Below are positions 1 to 6,586 of a stretch of DNA of 38,758 nt, piece by piece. Position numbers and translations under genes: made by a program. Below the pieces are notes generated by a model. The model saw only the letters and a list, made by a program, of their open reading frames with translations, ran no database searches and was not told the origin of the DNA. The DNA comes from a virus. The first letter of the stretch is position 1. The number at the start of each line of letters is the position of its first letter. The DNA lies in IMG/VR virus record IMGVR_UViG_3300045988_145590, one strand, 5' to 3'.

Positions 1-68
1 ATTTGATTACGGAGTCCAAGAAAAATACGTTACAGATAATCCTATGAAAAATGTAGTTCGTACCATTG
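1..68. repeat. terminal overlap, copy 1 (identical to 38691-38758)
   Basis: Direct comparison of the first and last 68 nt shows an exact match that runs to both window edges. Confidence 0.95.
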
Positions 69-856
69 ATTTTGATACTCCAAAAAAAGAAATGAAATAC
101 TGGACATTAGAAGATTTTGATAGATTTTGTAAATCCCCAATAGAACACAATAGTTATTTTCTTCTTATATATTTTCTATATAAAATGGGGTGTAGAAGAG
201 GTGAAGCACTAGCGTTAACATGGGATGATATTGATTTTACAAACAAAACAGTTGATATAAAAAAAACAATGTCATTTAAAGTTAGACCACCTAGATCAAC
301 AACACCAAAAACGAAGAACAGTTATCGCATTATCACTATGCCGGATGATTTAATTGATTTATTGAAGAAGCATTATAATAAGTGCAGCAACTACTATGGA
401 TTTAAAACCAGCAGTTTAGTATTCGGCTACACAAAACCATTAGATCCAGAAAGTATTAGAAGATATTTACGTAATGCGATTAAAACAATAAATACTGATG
501 AAGATGGTAATTTATTAGCAGTAGACAAACAAGTTCCAGATATTAGACTTCATGATTTACGTCATAGTCACGCTTCCTATTTAATCCGCAATATGAATAA
601 AGGAAATTATAATGACTATGACATAGCAAAACGATTAGGAGATACAAGAGAAACGATATTTAACACATATGCACATTGGTTTAAAGAAAAAGATCAAGGA
701 ATTATTGATATGATGAATTCAAATGATAATAGTTCAACAACATTACAAAGTGATAATGAAATTACACAGTTAAGAAAATTAAAACAATTGTATGAACAAG
801 GTCTAATTACAGAAGATATATATATATTAAAACAAAAAGCACTATTAGATTTATAA
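2..856 (+). CDS. int: tyrosine integrase, C-terminal catalytic part (ORF continues from window end across the junction)
   Basis: The frame is open from the window start. Catalytic motifs present: RRGEALAL, HDLRHSHASYL (H-x-x-R) and NTYAHW (catalytic Tyr). The last 32 aa are SHOCT-like. Confidence 0.85.
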   Translation, partial: FDYGVQEKYVTDNPMKNVVRTIDFDTPKKEMKYWTLEDFDRFCKSPIEHNSYFLLIYFLYKMGCRRGEALALTWDDIDFTNKTVDIKKTMSFKVRPPRSTTPKTKNSYRIITMPDDLIDLLKKHYNKCSNYYGFKTSSLVFGYTKPLDPESIRRYLRNAIKTINTDEDGNLLAVDKQVPDIRLHDLRHSHASYLIRNMNKGNYNDYDIAKRLGDTRETIFNTYAHWFKEKDQGIIDMMNSNDNSSTTLQSDNEITQLRKLKQLYEQGLITEDIYILKQKALLDL

Positions 857-860
857 AATA

Positions 861-878
861 CCTCTCAAAATTGAGAGG
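861..878 (+). terminator. hairpin after integrase (CCTCTC / GAGAGG) followed by TTT
   Basis: Inverted repeat CCTCTCAA..TTGAGAGG lies 5 nt after the int stop codon. Confidence 0.5.
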
Positions 879-992
879 TTTGGGAAGATAATTGCAATTC
901 TAAACAAATTTATTAAGTTAATTTTGAAACGATTAATTTAACCAATATAATAATCTAATTCTATATATCTATGAATATAAAATATTTTTTTG

Positions 993-1020
993 TTGACAAA
1001 ATACTATTATTTCATATAAT
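993..1020 (+). promoter_or_regulatory. near-consensus sigma-A promoter with no downstream ORF
   Basis: TTGACA (993-998), 16-nt spacer, TATAAT (1015-1020). Confidence 0.5.
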
Positions 1021-1120
1021 ATAGATAGCTGGCTTTTTGTGTAGAGAGTTTAGTTAGCTGTACTAGTTAGACATGTGTCTATAAGCTTTTTGCACATAGG
1101 TTTGCGTAATTAAATTAGAA

Positions 1121-1143
1121 GAACATAGAACAATTTAATGTTC
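1121..1143 (-). terminator. hairpin downstream of the SIR2-like gene (GAACAT / ATGTTC)
   Basis: 6-bp stem with an 11-nt loop, 28 nt past the minus-strand stop and followed on the minus strand by TTCTAATTT. Confidence 0.4.
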
Positions 1144-1170
1144 GTTATTGAGAAAAGTTCAATTGCTTTC

Positions 1171-2787
1171 TTAGTTTTCTAAGAATTGTTGATTGGACTT
1201 TTCTTTATATTCTTCATAATTTTCTAGAAAATCTAAATATAATACACATCTTTTAAAGTGTGTATCTTTCATTTCGTTTGATATGAAATCATCAAATAAA
1301 TCTATACAAAAATTTCTTAAGTCCTCAGTTGATAATATATCTACGTTTTTTAAAAGAAGCATACATTTTTTATTTACAGAATCATAATCATTTATATGTT
1401 TTTCAATATCTTCATATTTTTCAAAAGATGGATAGTTTATAATTCGTTTCATAAGAGTTTTAGATATTATTTTTTCTTTTGCATCCTTACTCTTTATATA
1501 TTTAAGCAACCTTTCGTCGTTTTGTATTTTTTCTGGTATTTTTTTTGCATATTTGAAAATAGGTAACACTCTTTGATACGAAATAGATGAATAACGATCA
1601 AAGCAAACTTTCTCTGGTTTTAGGTTTTGGTTATCTTTTAAAATATCTTCAAAAATAATACTTTCTGGGAACATTTTATATCCGTTATCTTGTATAAAAT
1701 CTTCTCTATAACCAACTGCGATTGCCAGTGCTTTTGTATTTGATATTTTATCTAAATCCTCTATATTTATCATTAAAGCAGTTTCTTGTCCTTGATCTAC
1801 ACTCTTATCAACAATTTTTTTAACTACCTTACGAGTTTCTCTAATTTTTGATGCAGAAATTCCTGGAGTGATTTTGTTTAATATTTGAAATACTGAATAA
1901 AAATTATCAGTTTGTATTTCTGTGATTGGTATAATTTTACCTTCTGTGGTTGTAATATTATTTCTAATTTCAATTAGATTTCTCTCGTTTTTTTTCCAAG
2001 AAACAAATATTAAATGTTCATGAATATTGTCTAAATCCTTTTGAGTTAAACAGTCTAAAAAATCTTGAACTATTTTTTGGATATTTTCATCTGTAAAAGA
2101 GTAGCCAAGAAAGATGATTGGAGATTCTGAAAAAAGTGTTAACATTTTAGCTATAAAAAGTCTACGAGTTCGTTCGAATGACTTATAATCATTTTCTGTG
2201 ATTATAATTGAGTCAGCATCTGTAACACACCCATGTATTTTGTATATCTCAGCGATGTTATAACTATCAGAAGAAAACATTTCATATTGTCTTTTAAATA
2301 CAGTATAATCATTTTTAAAAACATGTTTTTCTAAAAACTGATCATAATTTGTCGTGATAATAGCAGAAACTTTATTTTTTAGTTTTTGAAATTCTTCTAA
2401 TTCTTTCTTTGCCCAAGGGGAATTATATAATTGCATGTTTTTAAATTTGATGGAAAGATACATTTTATAAGGAGAAACACCAGTTGAAACCCAGTTAGGA
2501 TTAGGATTTTTGATTTTTATTTTTCTTTGAAAAAAAGCTCTATTGAATTCGTTTTCTATAATTGTTCCTAACGCTTTATTTATTTCAAAATCAGTTAAAT
2601 TTTTACGTAATAATTCATCTTTATGTTGTTGATAAAAGTATGGGTCTTGATTTACTTTGTAAAAAGAAGTTTTCAATAAAGTTTCCCAGTCGGGAAATTT
2701 ATATAAATATCTTTTAGAAATACCAGAACCTATAAATAAAACAGGCATTTTTCTATTTTCTACAAGTTTTTCTAATATACTAGACAT
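1171..2787 (-). CDS. SIR2-like (SIR2_2/ThsA/DSR-type) NADase-fold protein with unassigned C-terminal domain, 538 aa
   Basis: Ordered motifs VLFIGSGISKRY, ITTNYDQFLE, IYKIHGCV and IIFLGYSFTDENI. The start was refined to ATG 2787, preceded by GGAGGA with a 9-nt spacing. Confidence 0.8.
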   Translation of the reverse strand: MSSILEKLVENRKMPVLFIGSGISKRYLYKFPDWETLLKTSFYKVNQDPYFYQQHKDELLRKNLTDFEINKALGTIIENEFNRAFFQRKIKIKNPNPNWVSTGVSPYKMYLSIKFKNMQLYNSPWAKKELEEFQKLKNKVSAIITTNYDQFLEKHVFKNDYTVFKRQYEMFSSDSYNIAEIYKIHGCVTDADSIIITENDYKSFERTRRLFIAKMLTLFSESPIIFLGYSFTDENIQKIVQDFLDCLTQKDLDNIHEHLIFVSWKKNERNLIEIRNNITTTEGKIIPITEIQTDNFYSVFQILNKITPGISASKIRETRKVVKKIVDKSVDQGQETALMINIEDLDKISNTKALAIAVGYREDFIQDNGYKMFPESIIFEDILKDNQNLKPEKVCFDRYSSISYQRVLPIFKYAKKIPEKIQNDERLLKYIKSKDAKEKIISKTLMKRIINYPSFEKYEDIEKHINDYDSVNKKCMLLLKNVDILSTEDLRNFCIDLFDDFISNEMKDTHFKRCVLYLDFLENYEEYKEKSNQQFLEN

Positions 2788-3190
2788 TCTATAAATCCTC
2801 CAAGTGTTAATAATATTTAAGTCTAACTTTAAAGTATCACAATACTCTAGATTTAAATAGGTATATATCAAATATTCAACTAATATCAATAAAAAAGTAG
2901 TTATAACATAGGATAAAAATTCTAAAGATTAGAGTTTACTTTTGCGATTACTTCTGTTTTTTAATAGTATAAGTAATAGAATGATTTGATAAATAAGCTT
3001 TAAAAGGTAGTTGTAATACTTTCTTTTATGATTATAAAATAACTTATTTATTAACTCAATATAGTATAAGTAAATAATATCAATTCCTTTTAAAAAATAA
3101 ATCAATATATATGTTTAATGGTATATGCTGTATAATTTAAGTGTAGCAGCTATCATTAAGAAGTGTCATGACATTCAGAAAGGAGAAGTT

Positions 3191-3319
3191 ATGACAGAGG
3201 AAGAATATAAGCAGAAAATCATAATGATGTTAAACGATATTCATTCAATAGAAGAAATCGAAGAAATATACACAGTTGTTATGTGGTATTTTATTAATCA
3301 ATCAAAAAGAGAGCATTAG
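3191..3319 (+). CDS. hypothetical 42-aa protein
   Basis: AAAGGAGAAG RBS lies 2 nt before the ATG. The internal start was chosen within the track ORF 3125-3319. Confidence 0.4.
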   Translation: MTEEEYKQKIIMMLNDIHSIEEIEEIYTVVMWYFINQSKREH

Positions 3320-3333
3320 TCGCTCTCTTTTTT
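3304..3333. terminator. bidirectional rho-independent terminator
   Basis: AAAAAGAGAGC - ATTAGTC - GCTCTCTTTTT. It has an A-run on one side and a T-run on the other, and it overlaps the converging ends of 3191-3319 and 3316-3690. Confidence 0.6.
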
Positions 3334-3690
3334 CATATTTTCTGCTAACGTTAAAAGAAAATTTTCCAGTGCATCTTGCTGATCTTCTGGTGCATTGAGA
3401 TAGGTTTTTAATATAATTCGTCCCTTATCAGAAAGATTATACTGACTTGCTAATTTATCAAGAAGAGTTTCTGGTACTTTTGTGAACATTTCCCCAGTAC
3501 CTTCGGTAAGCCAGAAGTAATCTACATTAAATTCTTTGCAGATTAATTTAGATAATTGACTTGTCAAGTTAAATACCCCATTTTCAATTCTACTTACAGA
3601 AGCCTTAGTGATTCCTAATTTGTTACCGAAAGCTTCTTGACTTAAATTCAAAGTTTTTCTTAGCTCTTTTACTCTATCGCTAATTTCCAT
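3316..3690 (-). CDS. CI-like XRE-family HTH repressor
   Basis: N-terminal HTH LRKTLNLSQEAFGNKLGITKASVSRIENG. The gene is divergent from the early operon and sits next to the integrase region. Confidence 0.85.
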   Translation of the reverse strand: MEISDRVKELRKTLNLSQEAFGNKLGITKASVSRIENGVFNLTSQLSKLICKEFNVDYFWLTEGTGEMFTKVPETLLDKLASQYNLSDKGRIILKTYLNAPEDQQDALENFLLTLAENMKKESD

Positions 3691-3710
3691 AAGTACCTCC
3701 TTCCGTTTAA

Positions 3711-3738
3711 ATTATAACACAAAAGTTACGAAAAGCAA
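3711..3738 (-). promoter_or_regulatory. repressor-gene promoter (TTGCTT - 16 nt - TATAAT with TGT extension)
   Basis: Reverse complement reads TTGCTT..TTGTGTTATAAT, about 20 nt upstream of GGAAGGAGG-ATG. Confidence 0.5.
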
Positions 3739-3795
3739 CAAAATGAGTTGACATAGTTGCGATAAGAATCTATAATGTATACGTAAAGCAACAAA
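3728..3795. promoter_or_regulatory. putative operator set (three GCAAC cores)
   Basis: ACGAAAAGCAACAAA (3728-3742) and ACGTAAAGCAACAAA (3781-3795) are direct repeats. An inverted GTTGC core lies at 3756-3760, inside the spacer of the early promoter. Confidence 0.35.
3748..3776 (+). promoter_or_regulatory. early rightward promoter, perfect consensus
   Basis: TTGACA (3748-3753), 17-nt spacer, TATAAT (3771-3776). Confidence 0.7.
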
Positions 3796-3807
3796 GGAGG
3801 TGTGAAA

Positions 3808-3951
3808 ATGACAGATAACCACAAAGATAACAATGTCGAAAGAGCAGAGCGTATAGCTAAGTTGATTGCAATAATTCAAAACGGTATCAGTGATTATGAT
3901 TTAGGTTATATTCAAGGAAGATTTGAAAATAAGTGTAGAACATCTGCATAG
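3808..3951 (+). CDS. hypothetical 47-aa protein (first gene of early operon)
   Basis: AAAGGAGGTG RBS lies 6 nt before ATG 3808. The ORF is below the ORF-track size cut-off. Confidence 0.5.
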   Translation: MTDNHKDNNVERAERIAKLIAIIQNGISDYDLGYIQGRFENKCRTSA

Positions 3952-3983
3952 ATGAGTGTTTGGAAGAGTAGGAGGTTTAAAAC

Positions 3984-4214
3984 ATGAACATTTTAGAAGC
4001 AATAAAAAAAGCGCAGAAAGATAATCCTGCGAAACCTAAAGAAATAGCTTTACCTCATGACGATAAATGTGTAGATAAAGGGTATCGTCTAAGAATAAAG
4101 CCATTTCCAAATAACTTACAATGTCTTGAGTTTTATGGTGTTGTAAGAAAAATTGATAATTTTCCTTTATCAACCAATGAGATAGTTAGAGATGATTGGA
4201 AATTGATTAACTAA
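3984..4214 (+). CDS. DUF2829-like small protein (candidate Tad2-like)
   Basis: N-terminus ILEAIKKAQKDN and C-terminus PLSTNEIVRDDWKLIN resemble the DUF2829 signature (..EALKALKEGKK.. / ..PW.ASQ.DLLAEDWEIV). GGAGG RBS is present. Confidence 0.45.
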   Translation: MNILEAIKKAQKDNPAKPKEIALPHDDKCVDKGYRLRIKPFPNNLQCLEFYGVVRKIDNFPLSTNEIVRDDWKLIN

Positions 4215-4519
4215 AGCCATTCTCGTACTTCTTTTAGAAAATCGTAAGTTTTCTTTAGCAAAGTATTTTCTTCGGCTTCAATAATTGCATTAATTTCCAA
4301 TGTAATTAAGTATGGATGATTGTCAGCCCAACTATTTTTAACCAATCCATCTTTACTTAACTTTCTAAAAGCATCACATATAAATTCTTCATCTTCATTA
4401 GGGAACATTGATCGTAACTTATTCCAGTCAGAGAAAGTTTTTTGGTGATTTTCACTGTATTCTTTCACCATGTATTTTAGATAAAAATTAGCTAATTGTG
4501 TAAGTTTCATTTGTTTCAC
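4211..4519 (-). CDS. YjcQ-like winged-helix protein (reverse-strand moron)
   Basis: The pattern FRKLSKDGLV..HPYLITLEINAIIEAEEN..KKTYDFLKEVREWL parallels B. subtilis YjcQ. RBS is GGGGAGGGGG. Confidence 0.5.
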   Translation of the reverse strand: MKQMKLTQLANFYLKYMVKEYSENHQKTFSDWNKLRSMFPNEDEEFICDAFRKLSKDGLVKNSWADNHPYLITLEINAIIEAEENTLLKKTYDFLKEVREWL

Positions 4520-4694
4520 CCCCTCCCCACAACTATATTTTACAACTTTTTTGGAAACTTCAAAAGAAAAGGGAAATAAAGATGAATAAGAATTTTTATC
4601 AAAATTATCGGGCGAAGAAAGAAACAGAGTGCCAATATTGCAGAAAAAAAACCATCAACGCAAAGTGATGGCGTAAAGGAGATAAAAAGTAAAT

Positions 4695-4898
4695 ATGAAA
4701 ATATTTTGTGTGATTTTAATTATTGCATTGATCATAAGTATATGGAAATGTTGGGTATTCAAATGTCTTTCTATCGGATTGATGTATTTTGCTTCTACAG
4801 AACATAACTGGAATATTGATGAAAAAGAAGCAAAAAAAATCCTTGAATATTCCATGAAAAGACATATCAAAGATTTTTTTAAAATTAAAGATTCTTAA
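4695..4898 (+). CDS. small membrane protein, 67 aa
   Basis: Hydrophobic N-terminal half (IFCVILIIALIISIW.. and LSIGLMYFA). RBS is AAAGGAG. Confidence 0.5.
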   Translation: MKIFCVILIIALIISIWKCWVFKCLSIGLMYFASTEHNWNIDEKEAKKILEYSMKRHIKDFFKIKDS

Positions 4899-4924
4899 TA
4901 ATTTAGGATTGAAGGAAATGAAAA

Positions 4925-5110
4925 ATGAATGAACTAAAAAAAATTAGAGAGCGATTAGGACTCAATCAAAAAGAAATGGCTGAACACATAGGCGTGTCTG
5001 CGTCTTATTATTACAAAGTAGAAAGCGGAAGCCAAAATCCAAGTTATGAGTTTTTGAAAAAAATAAAAAAGGCATTTCCAAACATAAGCATAGATAAAGT
5101 GTTATTTTAA
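4925..5110 (+). CDS. Cro-like XRE-family HTH protein, 61 aa
   Basis: LKKIRERLGLNQKEMAEHIGVSASYYYKVESG HTH motif. Confidence 0.8.
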   Translation: MNELKKIRERLGLNQKEMAEHIGVSASYYYKVESGSQNPSYEFLKKIKKAFPNISIDKVLF

Positions 5111-5119
5111 AACAAAACA

Positions 5120-5144
5120 CTTGTAAGAGGGCAATTCTTACAAG
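5120..5144 (+). terminator. 9-bp hairpin after the Cro-like gene (no clear U-tract)
   Basis: CTTGTAAGA - GGGCAAT - TCTTACAAG. Confidence 0.3.
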
Positions 5145-5506
5145 CGTCTGTCTTAATTTGTTTACCTAACATTCTATGCAAAATGTGAAATATAAGTTTT
5201 AAGTTTTATCCCTAACTTTCCAGCTAGTAATAAATCAAAAACCTTATATATACATTTGCGCCATATTGCCCATAGCGCTTCTATGTAGAATTCCATCACT
5301 TAAGCAGTTTAAGTTCTGCATGTAGCCTTTAAAAAGCTGATTAAAGGTTGCCCTTTAGTCGATGGAATATGAGTTTATGTTCTCCAACAGTTGCACTCAT
5401 ATGAAAGGAACAGGGCAAAATCAAAAGTTGTGTCAAAAAGACCACTCTCCATTCTGCCCAAAGGCAAGAATATATCAACACAATTTGGAAATCATGAAAA
5501 GTATTT
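5145..5506 (+). ncRNA. candidate structured non-coding RNA or leader (unclassified)
   Basis: No RBS-supported ORF. Stems at 5322-5351 (11 bp including 2 G-U), 5367-5402 (8 bp) and 5413-5459 (8 of 9 bp). The stretch is visibly less AT-rich than its flanks. Confidence 0.3.
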
Positions 5507-5764
5507 TTGGAAAGGAGAAGTAACACGGAAAAACAAAATATAAAAGACTCCACTATAAAAAGTGATATTCATTTCATTGTTTTTTATGCAAATAACCAGA
5601 TTTATCAGGTAGGTATAAATCTATGTTTGCCTTGCCACGATTGGTATAAATTGCTAGAGAGAGAAGATTTTCTTTCTTTAATGAAATATCTTCACAATCA
5701 AGGAATTCTAAAAAGTAACTTAACGATTCTTGAGGATTTAGGTTTAAAGGAAAAACTGGAGTAG
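5507..5764 (+). CDS. doubtful 85-aa ORF (TTG start, no RBS)
   Basis: Supported only by the ORF track. It contains an 8-bp hairpin (5598-5622) and may belong to the non-coding region instead. Confidence 0.25.
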   Translation: MERRSNTEKQNIKDSTIKSDIHFIVFYANNQIYQVGINLCLPCHDWYKLLEREDFLSLMKYLHNQGILKSNLTILEDLGLKEKLE

Positions 5765-5783
5765 TGATAAAGGAGCTAAAAAA

Positions 5784-5918
5784 ATGAATATTGAAGATTT
5801 AATGAAATCAAGTAATCAAGAAAGAAAAAAACCGTTTTTAGACAGACATCCAAAAACAGGCTTATATTTATCAATCATAGGATTATTAGTATCTATTATG
5901 GCTTTATTAATGCAATGA
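5784..5918 (+). CDS. 44-aa tail-anchored membrane peptide
   Basis: AAAGGAG RBS. The C-terminal segment GLYLSIIGLLVSIMALLMQ is hydrophobic. Confidence 0.4.
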   Translation: MNIEDLMKSSNQERKKPFLDRHPKTGLYLSIIGLLVSIMALLMQ

Positions 5919-6213
5919 TTGAAATAATTATTGCTATAACAGATAAGATAACTGGTATTTTACGTTCTATAAACTTTGAAAGATTTATTTTCTTATATCT
6001 TTCATAATTTGCAGTTACGGAAACAGTACCATCTATAGGGAATACCCCTAATTTTGGAGTAGGTAAATGGTTATAATCTACAAGTTCGAATCTAAGTAAG
6101 TTATACAGCTCTGATGATGGAGCTTGCTCTTTAGGATATTTTTTAGATTTATAGATTTTTCTTAATAATCGTTTTTCTGCTTTGGTAAGTGTTATTTTAT
6201 CTACATCAATCAT
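5896..6213 (-). CDS. 105-aa protein with C-terminal TM anchor (reverse-strand moron)
   Basis: The start was refined to ATG 6213 behind AAAGGAGG. C-terminus is IPVILSVIAIIISIIALI. It has its own promoter at 6236-6264. Confidence 0.6.
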   Translation of the reverse strand: MIDVDKITLTKAEKRLLRKIYKSKKYPKEQAPSSELYNLLRFELVDYNHLPTPKLGVFPIDGTVSVTANYERYKKINLSKFIERKIPVILSVIAIIISIIALIKP

Positions 6214-6235
6214 GATCATACCTCCTTTCAGAAAA

Positions 6236-6264
6236 ATTATATCCAATAAACAAGACATTAACAA
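6236..6264 (-). promoter_or_regulatory. promoter of 5896-6213 (TTGTTA - 17 nt - TATAAT)
   Basis: The reverse complement of 6236-6264 gives TTGTTA, a 17-nt spacer and TATAAT. Confidence 0.55.
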
Positions 6265-6335
6265 TATGCAGAAAGGACGTGTATGGAATGGACTTTGAAG
6301 ATTTAACAAAAGAAACTAATATGGGAGGTATTTGA

Positions 6336-6578
6336 ATGAAAAAACAGTTAGGTTTAGAAGTTCTGGATTATCCATTTCTTGGATATAGAGAAATAATGGC
6401 AGTTCTTAAATGTACTGCAACGGTTGCCTATGAAGTTATTGATGATGTCATGAATGGAAAAGATGAAAATGGTTCTCCATTAGTAGATCAGTCAAAAATG
6501 CCACCGTTCAAGTCAAAGAAAATACCTACATCAGTGTTCTGTAAAAAATACGGAATACGAAAAAAACTAAAAAAGTAA
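6336..6578 (+). CDS. putative excisionase-like / DUF3173-like HTH protein, 80 aa
   Basis: YREIMAVLKCTATVAYEVI is helix-turn-helix-like and the tail is basic. GGGAGG RBS is present. Confidence 0.35.
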   Translation: MKKQLGLEVLDYPFLGYREIMAVLKCTATVAYEVIDDVMNGKDENGSPLVDQSKMPPFKSKKIPTSVFCKKYGIRKKLKK

Positions 6579-6586
6579 CATAAAAC

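Noticed and set aside
2788-2889. A 34-codon N-terminal extension of the SIR2-like ORF in the ORF track (MILVEYLIYTYLN...).
   Set aside because: There is no RBS at 2889. A strong GGAGGA sits 9 nt upstream of the internal ATG at 2787, and the SIR2 fold motif starts right after that Met.
4655-4870. A 71-aa minus-strand ORF overlapping the 4695-4898 + strand ORF.
   Set aside because: The + strand ORF has an RBS and a plausible membrane-protein sequence. The minus ORF has neither.
5341-5553. A 70-aa minus-strand ORF, and a 53-aa + strand ORF (5362-5523), in the ORF-poor region.
   Set aside because: Neither has an SD sequence, and their sequences do not look protein-like. They are kept only as alternatives to the ncRNA hypothesis.
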